64,000 nt of DNA from Alphaproteobacteria bacterium (GTDB taxonomy: Bacteria; Pseudomonadota; Alphaproteobacteria; MPNO01; UBA830), in assembly GCA_964291215.2 (NCBI GenBank), contig OZ219790.1, positions 576,001-640,000 on the forward strand, read 5' to 3'. Positions 13,219 to 23,760 of the stretch are shown in pieces. The notes beneath the pieces are model-generated. The model was not told the DNA's origin. It did no database searches and worked only from the letters and a program-made list of their open reading frames with translations. The number at the start of each line of letters is the position of its first letter. The first letter of the stretch is position 1. The position numbers were made by a program, and so were the translations under genes.

Positions 13219-15435
13219 GTGGAGCGTGCGCTGCTCGTCGCCGTGAGGTTCCACGAGGGCCGCTACCACGGTGCCGGCGGCTGGCCGCCCGCACCGGCGC
13301 GGCTGTTCCAGGCGCTGCTGGCAGGGACGGCCCGGGGCGCTGCGGTGCCGGCCGAGACGCGGGAGGCGCTGGAGTGGCTGGAGCGGCTGCCGCACCCGGC
13401 GATCGCCGCCCCGTGCGTCAGGCAGGGGCAGAGCTACACCGGCTATGTGCCTAACAACGACCTCGATGCCGCGCTGTCCGGGAAGAACGCTCCCGATATG
13501 GAGAAGGCGGTGGCGTCGATCCGGATCGGCAAGACCGTCCATCCCGTCCTGTTCGATGCCGCCGCGCCGGTTCTCTACTGCTGGTCCTTCGACGGCGACG
13601 AGGCGCCAACGGCGGCGTTGTGCGAGGCGGCAAGGCAACTCTACCAGCTCGGCCGCGGCATCGACATGGCCTGGGCCGATGCCGCCGTGCTCGACCCGGA
13701 CGAGGCCCGAAGGCGGCTCTCCGATCACAGCGGCATCGTCTACCGCCCATCGGCCGGCGGCGGTGCGCACCTCCACCTGCTCTGCCCGCAGCCGGGAACG
13801 GAACGCAGCCTTGCGGCCCGCTTCGACGGAATGCGCACCCGCTTCCGCCGCAGCGGCAGCAACCGCAAGCCGGTTCGTGTTTTTGTGCAGCCGCCCAAGC
13901 CACTTCTTGTAAACGTCGCCTACAACGCGCAGCCGGTTCGCCTCGTCTTCGAGTTGCGCAGGCGCGATGCGCGAGGCGGCTTCGCCCCTCGCCGGCTGAG
14001 CGAAGCGGCGGCGCTCGTTGCCGAAGTACGCGACCGGGCCGCGCAACTTCTGTGCAAGGCGCTGCCGGCGCAGAGTGGTGATGTCGAGCGCTACCTGATC
14101 GGCCGGGGCGCGACAGAGGTGGACAAGGCGGCACGGGTGCGGATCGTGCCGCTCCCGTCGATCGGCCATGCCCATGCCGACATGGCGATCCGCCGCCTTG
14201 AGGTTCATGTGCCGCAATCCTGCCCGTTGCGGGCGGACGACCTCGCTTGGGCCTTCGCACAGGCCGCCTGGTCCGACCGCGACGGCATGGTGCGTACCGA
14301 GTTGCAGCGCGTCGAAGACGACACCATGGCGGCGCACTACGAGCGGCACGGGGGCTGCTGGCGCAGCGTGACGCCGCTGGCGCTCACGAGTGCCCGGCGG
14401 CGGCGCACCGATCCCGCGCGCACCAAAGAGAAACCCAAGGGCGCGGCGGAGCGTGCGCACGAGGAATCCCGCGCCGTTCACGCCGTGCGTCAGGCCCTGC
14501 GTCACGCCGGGGTCGGCAGCTTGCCGGCAGAGGTGCGTGTGCAGCGGGAGCCGTTCGACAGCCACGGCAAACGGGCCGAAGCCTTTGCCGCCGGTACGCG
14601 CTTTCCCGAGGGAGCGTTGTGGCATGTCTCGATAACCTTCGCCGAGCCGGTCGCCGGGCCGTTGTTGCTGGGCGATGGCCGTTATCTCGGTCTGGGCCTC
14701 ATGCGCCCGAGCGATCCGATTCCGGGGGTGCTGGCATTCGCGATCGCGTCCGGCCTGGCCGACAATGCCGACGCCGCCGAGGTCGCCCGCGCCGCGCGGC
14801 GCGCCATGCTGGCCCGGATGCAGGCAACCTTGCCGCGTGGCCAGCCGCTCCCGCGCTATGTGAGCGGCCACGAAGACGATGGCAACCCCGCCCGCGATGG
14901 CGCCCACCGCCATATCGCGATCGCGTTCGACCCGTCGCGGCGGTGCCTGCTCTTCATCGCGCCGAGCAGGCTGCAACGCGGCAGCGTGACGTGGCAGGAT
15001 ATCCGCAATGACCATGCTGCAGTCGAACGTGCGCTGGAAGGCATGACGGAGCTGCGAGCTGGTCGGTCGGGCCGCCTGACGCTCTCGCCCTTGGCGCTGG
15101 ATGCCGACAGCGATCCGTTGTTCGCGTCATCGCGGATGTGGGAAAACATGACCGACTATTGCGTGACCCGCCACCGGCGCAAGCTCACGGACGAGGAAGC
15201 GCTGCGCGCCGACGTTCTGGCCGAACTCCGGCGCATCAGTTGGCCAACGCCGGCAGCTGCAGAGGTCCTGTCGGCGAGACGCGGGCCACGCGGCGGGCTT
15301 TCGGGCCGTCTGCGGCTCACCTTCGCCGCGGCCCAAGAAGGGCCGCTCGTCATTGGGCGTACGTCGCACAAGGGTGGTGGCCTGTTCGGGCCATCGTGCG
15401 GCGCGGGGGCGGAACGCGCCGGGGATGTCGGATAA
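13219..15435 (+). CDS. csb2: Type I-G Csb2 (Cas5-Cas6 fusion), 738 aa, apparently with two Cas6-like modules
   Basis: GRYHG..WPPAPARLFQAL, YVPNND, LGRG; two glycine-rich loops, LLLGDGRYLGLGL and LVIGRTSHKGGGLF. Confidence 0.93.
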   Translation: MERALLVAVRFHEGRYHGAGGWPPAPARLFQALLAGTARGAAVPAETREALEWLERLPHPAIAAPCVRQGQSYTGYVPNNDLDAALSGKNAPDMEKAVASIRIGKTVHPVLFDAAAPVLYCWSFDGDEAPTAALCEAARQLYQLGRGIDMAWADAAVLDPDEARRRLSDHSGIVYRPSAGGGAHLHLLCPQPGTERSLAARFDGMRTRFRRSGSNRKPVRVFVQPPKPLLVNVAYNAQPVRLVFELRRRDARGGFAPRRLSEAAALVAEVRDRAAQLLCKALPAQSGDVERYLIGRGATEVDKAARVRIVPLPSIGHAHADMAIRRLEVHVPQSCPLRADDLAWAFAQAAWSDRDGMVRTELQRVEDDTMAAHYERHGGCWRSVTPLALTSARRRRTDPARTKEKPKGAAERAHEESRAVHAVRQALRHAGVGSLPAEVRVQREPFDSHGKRAEAFAAGTRFPEGALWHVSITFAEPVAGPLLLGDGRYLGLGLMRPSDPIPGVLAFAIASGLADNADAAEVARAARRAMLARMQATLPRGQPLPRYVSGHEDDGNPARDGAHRHIAIAFDPSRRCLLFIAPSRLQRGSVTWQDIRNDHAAVERALEGMTELRAGRSGRLTLSPLALDADSDPLFASSRMWENMTDYCVTRHRRKLTDEEALRADVLAELRRISWPTPAAAEVLSARRGPRGGLSGRLRLTFAAAQEGPLVIGRTSHKGGGLFGPSCGAGAERAGDVG

Positions 15436-17213
15436 TGGGTGGCGGTTGTAATGGCGAAGACAGCCGCACGGTCGTCGGGGCGCCGGACGAAACGGTGCGT
15501 GACCATGTGCTGCTAACAGTGCTCGGCACCGCACCGCACGCCGCGCGCTACCGTCTCGGAGACCGCGAGGTCGAGCAGCCGCTCGCTCCCCTCGCGCTCT
15601 ACGACCTGCTCGCGCAACCCGACCGGCCGGGGCGCGTCGCGGCGCTGTGCACACCGGAAGCGCAACGCGACAGCTGGCCAGCGCTCGAGACGGCGCTGGA
15701 CGGCCGATGCCGGACGGAACTGGTCCGGGTGTGCGGGGGCGAAACCCCGGAAGAGATCAATGCCTTCATGGCGCGGGTCGCGGATGCTGTTGGCGACAAG
15801 GCCGACATCACCGTTGACATTACCCACGGCCCCCGGCATTTCTCGTTCCTCACCTATCTGGTCGTGCTGTATGTTTCCGCGCTGCGCGGCGTGCGGGTGC
15901 GCGGCGCCTGGTACGGCCTGTTGCGCGAGAACGGATCCAGCCCGTTTCTCGATCTGCGCGGCCTTCTGGAACTGCCACGCTGGCTCCATGCGCTGCGGGC
16001 GCTCAACGATACCGGTAGCGCGCGACCGCTGGCCCACATCCTCCGTAGCGACTCGCGAAATCCGTCGGCGAAGAAGATGGCGAAAGATCTGGCACAACTG
16101 TCGGACGCCTACCTCTCCGGGATTCCGCTCGAATTGGGCTGGCAGGCGGACCTTGTGCGCAAGCAGCACATCAAGCCCCTGCGAAAGCTGATCTCGAACG
16201 ATTACCGCCTGCCGCTGGGCGACGAACTGGCCGGTCAGATCGACGATTTTCTTCGTACTCTCGCGCTGCCGGTTGCCGGCAACGGATGGAAGAGCAAAGT
16301 GCTGCTAGACGAGCGCGAATTGAAACGGCAAGTCCGGCATATCGACGACTTGCTGGATCGCGGGCATGTCGCCACCGCGCTCGGCCTGATGAGCGAATGG
16401 ACCGTCTCCTGGGTCGTTTGGGTACGAGGGCAGACGCGCGAGTGGCTCGACTATCGCGGCAAGCGGCGTGGCGCGGCCAACCTGCTCAACGCGATCGAGG
16501 CCGTCGGCGAGGACAAGGCGCTCCGGGAACATTTGGACGAAGAGCAGCAACGGCTGGGGACATATTGGGGGCAGCTGCGGGGGCTTCGCAACGGATACGC
16601 CCATCACGGCATGCGTCCGCAGGTTCTCGTCGGCAATCAGGCAGTCCGGAAAAATCTGGATCATGTCCGACGGTACTGGAGCAGGTTTCTGCGCGCCTGC
16701 CCTGCCATGCGATTGTCTCTCGGCGCACATCCGGACCAGCACATTCTGGTGAGCCCCATCGGAATGCGTCCGGGCGTACTGTTCAGCGCGCTGCAAGCGT
16801 ACAGAAGTGACGGGGACGGTCACGAGCCGGACCTGTGCCTCGTCATCTGCTCGCACGAGACGGCGGGACCGATCGCGGAAGCGACGGATCGCGCCGGGTA
16901 TCGGGGCACGGTCGAGAGGCTCTGGCTGAACGACCCTTACGGCGACCGCTCGGAGATCGAGCGATTGGCAAAGGCGGCGCGCCGCCACTTCGTGGGCGCC
17001 GGAGAGGTCGTCGTCAATGTCACCGGGGGAACAACGTTGATGGGCCTGGTTGCCGAGGCAGTCGCCGGCACCGCGCGCGGCCTGGCCTGTCCGGTGAGGC
17101 GATTCGGGCTGATCGACCGCAGGACGGCGGCGGAACAGGAGAAAGATCCTTGGCGGGCCGGAGAACCGTTCTGGCTCGATGAGCGGGAGGACGACGATGC
17201 CGACGGCGATTGA
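15435..17213 (+). CDS. csx1: Csx1/TM1812-family CARF-HEPN ribonuclease with extra C-terminal CARF-like domain
   Basis: LLTVLG and DITHG (DxTHG) CARF motifs; HEPN RNGYAH; C-terminal ILVSPIG...VVVNVTGGTTLM. Start overlaps csb2 stop (TAATG). Confidence 0.88.
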   Translation: MGGGCNGEDSRTVVGAPDETVRDHVLLTVLGTAPHAARYRLGDREVEQPLAPLALYDLLAQPDRPGRVAALCTPEAQRDSWPALETALDGRCRTELVRVCGGETPEEINAFMARVADAVGDKADITVDITHGPRHFSFLTYLVVLYVSALRGVRVRGAWYGLLRENGSSPFLDLRGLLELPRWLHALRALNDTGSARPLAHILRSDSRNPSAKKMAKDLAQLSDAYLSGIPLELGWQADLVRKQHIKPLRKLISNDYRLPLGDELAGQIDDFLRTLALPVAGNGWKSKVLLDERELKRQVRHIDDLLDRGHVATALGLMSEWTVSWVVWVRGQTREWLDYRGKRRGAANLLNAIEAVGEDKALREHLDEEQQRLGTYWGQLRGLRNGYAHHGMRPQVLVGNQAVRKNLDHVRRYWSRFLRACPAMRLSLGAHPDQHILVSPIGMRPGVLFSALQAYRSDGDGHEPDLCLVICSHETAGPIAEATDRAGYRGTVERLWLNDPYGDRSEIERLAKAARRHFVGAGEVVVNVTGGTTLMGLVAEAVAGTARGLACPVRRFGLIDRRTAAEQEKDPWRAGEPFWLDEREDDDADGD

Positions 17214-18381
17214 GGCGACATACCAAGCCGTCACCCCGCTTTTCTGCGCGGGTGCGGACAGAGTGCGACCGGAGCTTCGTTTGCCGAGCCTCAAGGGGGC
17301 ACTGCGCTTCTGGTGGCGGGCGCTGGCTTGGCCGCGATACGCCGGCGACCTCACCCAAATCCGGCAGCGCGAGGACAGCCTTTTCGGCAGTGCCGGCGGC
17401 GGCCAGTCCCGCGTGATCATGCGCCTCGAGCAAGCGATCCAAGAGCCGAAGGCCTGCGATACGGGTTCGGTGCTGACGGCGGCCGCTGACGACCGGGAGC
17501 CGGTCGGGGCCGGTGCACGCTATCTGGGCTATGGTGTCATGGAGGCGTTCCCCAGCGAGAAACGGGGCACGAAGGCCGGCCAGCTCATCCGCGGTTGCCT
17601 GCGCGCGTCGTTCGAATTCACCGTTCAACTGCGCTGCCGCAGCCTGTGCGAGGCGGAACTGGCGCTGCTTCGCAATGCGCTCGTCGCGCTCGGCACCCTC
17701 GGCGGCATGGGCGCGAAGAGCCGCAAGGGTTACGGCTCGCTGGTCCTCCGGTCGCTTCAAGTGAATGACAAGCGGTGCTGGAGTGCGCCGGAGTCCCTGG
17801 ACGATCTGCAAACGGCAATCGGGAAGCTGCGCGGCGGACAGGGGGCGGCCGGTCTCCCCGAATACACGGCCTTCTCGTCCGGCGCCCGCCATGTCCTGCT
17901 GTCCGGCGGCGGTGCGAAGCCGCTGCAACTACTCGACGGGATTGGTCGGGAGCTCGTCCGATACCGGAGTTGGGGCCGGAACGGGAAGATCTTGGAGGGA
18001 ATAGATTCGGAAAAGAACTTCAGGGACGACCACGACCTGATGAAGGGCGGGCGACCGGCGAAGCACCCGCGCCGCATCGCCTTCGGCCTGCCGCACAATT
18101 ACGGCAAAAGGCAAGTCGTTCCAGGAGGGGGACCGCTCGACCGGCGCGCCAGCCCGCTGTTCATCCACATCCACGAATGCGGCGGCGCGCCGGTTGCGGT
18201 CCTGTCGTTCCTGCCGACCCGATTCCTGCCGCCAGGGACGACCATCTTGGTCGACCGCACAGAGGTTCGGATGACGCCGGAGCAGGAACTCTATCGCCCG
18301 ATCCATCGCTTCCTTGACCGCCTTCTCGACAGGAACAGGCGCAAGGAACCGTTCGACGAAGCCATCGAGGTACGGTCGTGA
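17197..18381 (+). CDS. cmr1: Type III-B RAMP Cmr1
   Basis: VTPLFCAGAD, SLKGALRFWWRA, LFGS, GGMGAKSRKGYG, AFGLP, RRASPL. Confidence 0.95.
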   Translation: MPTAIEATYQAVTPLFCAGADRVRPELRLPSLKGALRFWWRALAWPRYAGDLTQIRQREDSLFGSAGGGQSRVIMRLEQAIQEPKACDTGSVLTAAADDREPVGAGARYLGYGVMEAFPSEKRGTKAGQLIRGCLRASFEFTVQLRCRSLCEAELALLRNALVALGTLGGMGAKSRKGYGSLVLRSLQVNDKRCWSAPESLDDLQTAIGKLRGGQGAAGLPEYTAFSSGARHVLLSGGGAKPLQLLDGIGRELVRYRSWGRNGKILEGIDSEKNFRDDHDLMKGGRPAKHPRRIAFGLPHNYGKRQVVPGGGPLDRRASPLFIHIHECGGAPVAVLSFLPTRFLPPGTTILVDRTEVRMTPEQELYRPIHRFLDRLLDRNRRKEPFDEAIEVRS

Positions 18382-20276
18382 CGCTGCGCCTCGACATCGC
18401 TATCGGTCCGGTGCAGGGCTTCGTCATCCAGTCGCGGCGCACCCGCGACCTGTGGGGCAGTTCGTATCTTCTCTCGTTCCTCGCGGGGCACGCGATGCAT
18501 GGTGCGGAGAAGGCCGGCGGCCGTGTCGTCCGCCCGGTCGTCAAGGACGATCCGCTTTACCGCTGGACAGGGGGCGACAGGACCGGCGCGCCACCCGATA
18601 TCGGCTCGCTGCCGAACCGCTTCGCGATCGATGTCGAAGCGGAAGCCGAACCCGTCGCCCGTGCCGCCGTTGCAGCCCTCCGAGGGGCGTGGACGCGGGT
18701 CTGCGACGCCGTGTGGGTGAAATTCATTGCGGAGGCTTGCGAACATGGCGCCGGCACGCGGGCGATCTGGGACCGTCAGGTCGCCACTTTCTGGGAAGTG
18801 GCATGGTGCGCCGGGCCTGCCGAGGCCGGCCTTCTCGCCCGGCGCAAGCATTGGCGGAGCCACCTTCCGCCAACCGAACCGGGCGACAAATGCACGGTCA
18901 TGCACGACCTGCAGGAGATTTCGGGTTATGTGCGTTCGACTGGCCGGGCCGACACGCAGGACTGCTTCTGGAGGCATCTGCGCGATCTCGTCGGTGCGCT
19001 GGACCTGAGGGAGAATGAAAGGCTGTGCGCCGTCGCCCTGATCAAGCGTCTGCTCCCGCGCGTCGCCGAAGACGCGCTGGGGTGGAAGGTGGAGCGGTCG
19101 CGCTGGCCGTCGACGGTCCATATCGCCGCCCGGCCGTGGCTCCACCAGGTGGAAAACTGTGCGCCGGACCTGGCGCGCGACTATGCCGAGCAGGTCACGC
19201 AGTTCGCACCGTCCGGCGTTCTGTCCGAACGCTGGCCGGATCGGGAGCGTTCAGCTGCCGGCGACTTTTCTCGCCTCGACGCCAACTGGTTTCACCCGGA
19301 AGCGATTGAGAGCGAGCAGCTATGCCCGCTCAATGCCCATGCGGTGGACGGCACGCGCGCTGCTCTTGCCGGGAAGTTGAAGGCAATCTGCTGTGCCGAG
19401 GGGCGGGACGGGCGGCGCCTCGGGCCGCCGTCCTCCTTCTACGCCCTGCTTCTCGCTGACGGCGACCGGCTGGGCAGGCTGGTGGGCGAGGCCGACGGCG
19501 AACAGGTCGGCCGGGCGCTGGCGACTTTTATGGAGCAAGCACCGAAAATCGTGTGCAAGAATGGCGGCCAAACCGTGTATGCCGGGGGTGACGATGTGCT
19601 GGCTATGCTGCCGGTCCCCGGTGCGTTGCCATGCGCCGAAGCGTTGGCCGAATGCTATCGCTCGGCCTTCGGCCACCGGGTGGGAGCGACCCTTTCGGCC
19701 TCGGTCACTTTCGTGCATATCCGCTATCCGCTCAGCGGCGCGCTGCGCGACGCCCATCGACTGCTCGACGACATCGCCAAGCAAAGTAACGGTCGCGACT
19801 CGCTGGCGGTCGGAGTCCTCAAGTCCGGCGGGCTGAATTCCCAATGGGTCACGACATGGCGCCGACAGAACTCTGACGGGTGCGCCGAACCGTCCACAGA
19901 ACTTATCCGGGCGCTGGCGGACCGTCTCGAAAGCGACGCGCCGGAAGCAGATCTGTCGTCCGGTTTGCTCTATCGCCTCCGCGAACTCCTCGTCAGGCTC
20001 GGCGGATGGAACTCTTGGCGCCCCGGCACCTGGGGAACAATACCCGAGGATATCGATCTCACGGCTTTCCTGCGCACCGAAATCGGCCACAGCCTGGCCG
20101 TGAGACGTGGCGAGAGCGCCGCAGCGCCGGCGGCGGAGATGGCCGGTCTTGTCGTGTGCCTGTTGCAGCGCGTGCCCGCCGATGGTCAGGGAGGCGAGAC
20201 GACCGAGATCGGGGTCGATGCGCTCCTCCTCGCCCGCTTCCTCGCCGGGGGCGGCCATGGCGAGCGCGAAGCATGA
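18378..20276 (+). CDS. cas10: Type III-B Cas10 (Cmr2); no HD domain, intact cyclase motif
   Basis: IGPVQGFVIQSRRTRDLWGSSYLLS begins right at the N-terminus; LADGDRLG; YAGGDD. Confidence 0.96.
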   Translation: MTLRLDIAIGPVQGFVIQSRRTRDLWGSSYLLSFLAGHAMHGAEKAGGRVVRPVVKDDPLYRWTGGDRTGAPPDIGSLPNRFAIDVEAEAEPVARAAVAALRGAWTRVCDAVWVKFIAEACEHGAGTRAIWDRQVATFWEVAWCAGPAEAGLLARRKHWRSHLPPTEPGDKCTVMHDLQEISGYVRSTGRADTQDCFWRHLRDLVGALDLRENERLCAVALIKRLLPRVAEDALGWKVERSRWPSTVHIAARPWLHQVENCAPDLARDYAEQVTQFAPSGVLSERWPDRERSAAGDFSRLDANWFHPEAIESEQLCPLNAHAVDGTRAALAGKLKAICCAEGRDGRRLGPPSSFYALLLADGDRLGRLVGEADGEQVGRALATFMEQAPKIVCKNGGQTVYAGGDDVLAMLPVPGALPCAEALAECYRSAFGHRVGATLSASVTFVHIRYPLSGALRDAHRLLDDIAKQSNGRDSLAVGVLKSGGLNSQWVTTWRRQNSDGCAEPSTELIRALADRLESDAPEADLSSGLLYRLRELLVRLGGWNSWRPGTWGTIPEDIDLTAFLRTEIGHSLAVRRGESAAAPAAEMAGLVVCLLQRVPADGQGGETTEIGVDALLLARFLAGGGHGEREA

Positions 20277-21394
20277 TCGGCGTCCATCTCGATCCGGTGG
20301 ACACATGGTTCTTCCGCGGCGGCACGCCGTTCGCGAGCGATGCGGCGCCGCAGGACGATGTGGAAAGCCTGTTCCCACCGCACCCGGCGACGACCGCCGG
20401 CGCCCTGCGGGCGGCGCTGGCGCTGGCCCGGGGCTGGGACGGCCGCGGCCGGTGGCACAAATCGTTCGACGATGTTCTCGGCAACGGTCCGGAAAACCCC
20501 GGCAGGCTTTCCTTCGACGGGCCGTTTCTCCTGCGGTGCGGGAAGCCGCTGTTCCGTTCCCCCCGCCATCTGCTCGGCGTCAGGGAAGCGAACGGATGGC
20601 AGCCGTATGCACTGCTCCGGCCGGGGCCGCCGGTTCGCTGCGACCTCGGCAAGGCGATTCGCCTCCCCGACCTGCCCGAAGGAAGCAAGACAGGCGCAAA
20701 GCTTCAGGCCGGCGACCGGGAATGGCTCACGCTGGAAGGTCTGACCTCCGTCTTGCGGGGCGCGGTCCCGGAAGCGAGCGAGATCGTGGAGGACAAGGCG
20801 CTATGGTCGGCCGAGGAACGCATCGGCCTTGCGCGCGACAGGGACACCCGCAGCGCGAAGGAAGGCATGCTCTACAGCACCCGCCATGTGCGTCCCGGAC
20901 GCGGCGTTTCCCTCGGCATGCGCATTGCTGGCCTGCCTGCGGACTGGCCTCGGCCATTCGATCGGCTGGTTCCCCTGGGCGGTGAGAACCGGGTGGCGCA
21001 CTGCCGGGAATGGCAGGGCTGCGCGGGCCTCGATACGCTTCCGGTGCCGGGCGGACCGAGAGGACAGGCGGTGCTGGTGGCCTTGACGCCGCTCGACCTG
21101 GAAGAAGCGGTCGTTCGTGGCGAACGCCCGCTCGACGCGCCGAACGGCACCAGGATCGTCTCGGCCTGCCTGGACCGCCCGCAGCGCATCGGCGGCTGGG
21201 ATTCGCTGGCGCGCCGCCCGCTGCCGCTCCGCAGCGTGCTGGCGCCGGGCAGTGTGCTGTTCTGCGAAATACCGGAAAACGCACGGGAGGCCGGCACCGG
21301 CGGCGGGATTCTGCGCCTCGGGGCGCGGACGACCTGGGGTTTCGGCCTCGTCGCGGCCGGCGTCTGCCCTAAGGATCGGGAGGAAGAGGCATGA
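20273..21394 (+). CDS. cmr3: Type III-B Cmr3
   Basis: LDPVDTWFFRGGTPF, FPPHP.T.AGA, ERIGL, LGGENR, GGWD, PGSV, WGFG. Confidence 0.94.
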   Translation: MIGVHLDPVDTWFFRGGTPFASDAAPQDDVESLFPPHPATTAGALRAALALARGWDGRGRWHKSFDDVLGNGPENPGRLSFDGPFLLRCGKPLFRSPRHLLGVREANGWQPYALLRPGPPVRCDLGKAIRLPDLPEGSKTGAKLQAGDREWLTLEGLTSVLRGAVPEASEIVEDKALWSAEERIGLARDRDTRSAKEGMLYSTRHVRPGRGVSLGMRIAGLPADWPRPFDRLVPLGGENRVAHCREWQGCAGLDTLPVPGGPRGQAVLVALTPLDLEEAVVRGERPLDAPNGTRIVSACLDRPQRIGGWDSLARRPLPLRSVLAPGSVLFCEIPENAREAGTGGGILRLGARTTWGFGLVAAGVCPKDREEEA

Positions 21395-22209
21395 ACGCAA
21401 CGATACTGGGCCTGCTGGCCGAAACCCCCATCCACCCCGGAAGCGGCCGCAGCATGGGGGTCGTCGACCTGCCCGTGGCCCGCGAGGCGGCGACCGACTA
21501 TCCGGTGCTCGTCGGCTCCGGCCTCAAGGGCGCGCTGCGCGACAAGGCCGGGAGGGCGGCGCTGGACACCCATCGCCATTTCGGCAGGCCCGACCATGCG
21601 GGCGAGCTTCTGGTCTCCGACGGGCGACTGCTGTTGCTGCCGGTGCGCAGCCTGACCGGACGCTATCGCTGGACGACCTGCCCGCACCTGATCGAACGCT
21701 TCGGCCGCGACCTTGCCCGCGCCGGCTTCGCGGCGCAACCGCAGGTTCCGGCAGTAGAACGCGATGCGGTGCTGGCGGGCGGCAGCAAGACGCTGTTTCT
21801 GGAAGAGCGGCAGTTCAGCATTGCCGGTGCGCCGCCGGCCGATCTTTTGGATGCCATCGGGCCGCTGCTGCGCCATCGGGAGACTCAGGCCCGCCTCGCC
21901 GCGCAGGTCGCCATCCTGCGTGACGACGATTTCGCCTGGTTCGCGCGCTACGGCCTCGCCATCCAGGCGCGCAACGTTCTCGACGACGGCACCAAGCAGA
22001 GCAGAGATCTGTGGTACGAGGAATCGCTCCCGCCGGATACGGTCATGTACGCCCTGGTCGCGGCGCGCGGCGAGTACGACGCGGGCGAGGCGCTCCGCGG
22101 GCTGTTCCCGGAAAACGACCCGTATCTGCAGGCCGGCGGCAACGAGACGGTAGGGCAGGGCTGGTTCGCCGTGCGCGTCCACGGCAGCGGCGAAGAGGGC
22201 ACTCAATGA
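21391..22209 (+). CDS. cmr4: Type III-B RAMP Cmr4
   Basis: TPIHPGSG...VDLPVARE (catalytic Asp position retained), SGLKGALR, LWYEESLP, GGNETVGQG. Confidence 0.96.
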   Translation: MNATILGLLAETPIHPGSGRSMGVVDLPVAREAATDYPVLVGSGLKGALRDKAGRAALDTHRHFGRPDHAGELLVSDGRLLLLPVRSLTGRYRWTTCPHLIERFGRDLARAGFAAQPQVPAVERDAVLAGGSKTLFLEERQFSIAGAPPADLLDAIGPLLRHRETQARLAAQVAILRDDDFAWFARYGLAIQARNVLDDGTKQSRDLWYEESLPPDTVMYALVAARGEYDAGEALRGLFPENDPYLQAGGNETVGQGWFAVRVHGSGEEGTQ

Positions 22210-22606
22210 GAAACCTTGAACAGCAGCGCGCCGCCTGCGCCCTCGAACGGGTCGCTGCGCTCGAAAACAAGTCCGACGAATTCAAGAAACGGTATCGCGC
22301 CTATGTGGACCGCCTCGGCCCCGCCATCATAATGAACGGTCTGGGGCAGGCGCTTGCGACCGAACGCGCCGCTGCGGGTTCAGACCCGAAGAATGACCGT
22401 CAAGCTGCGCACAAGACGCTCTATGACAATCTGCAGCGCTGGCTCTGCCGGAACGGCGGCGTCTACCTGCCCGGCGACCTGCTGAAGGCGATCGTGCAGT
22501 GCGACCAGCCAGACTATCTCCGCGCCCAGGCCGAGGCTCTGGCATGGCTCGAATGGCACAAGAAATGTTGCCGTGCGGCGTTGCCGTCCGCCCAAGGAGG
22601 AGGCGA

Positions 22607-22610
<4 letters not shown>
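22206..22610 (+). CDS. cmr5: Type III-B small subunit Cmr5
   Basis: MRNLEQQRA, LGPAIIMNGLGQALA, EALAWLEWHKK. Confidence 0.94.
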
Positions 22611-23719
<1,109 letters not shown>

Positions 23720-23760
23720 AGCGACGAAATCATGTTGCGAACTATACGGAAAGTCATCGT

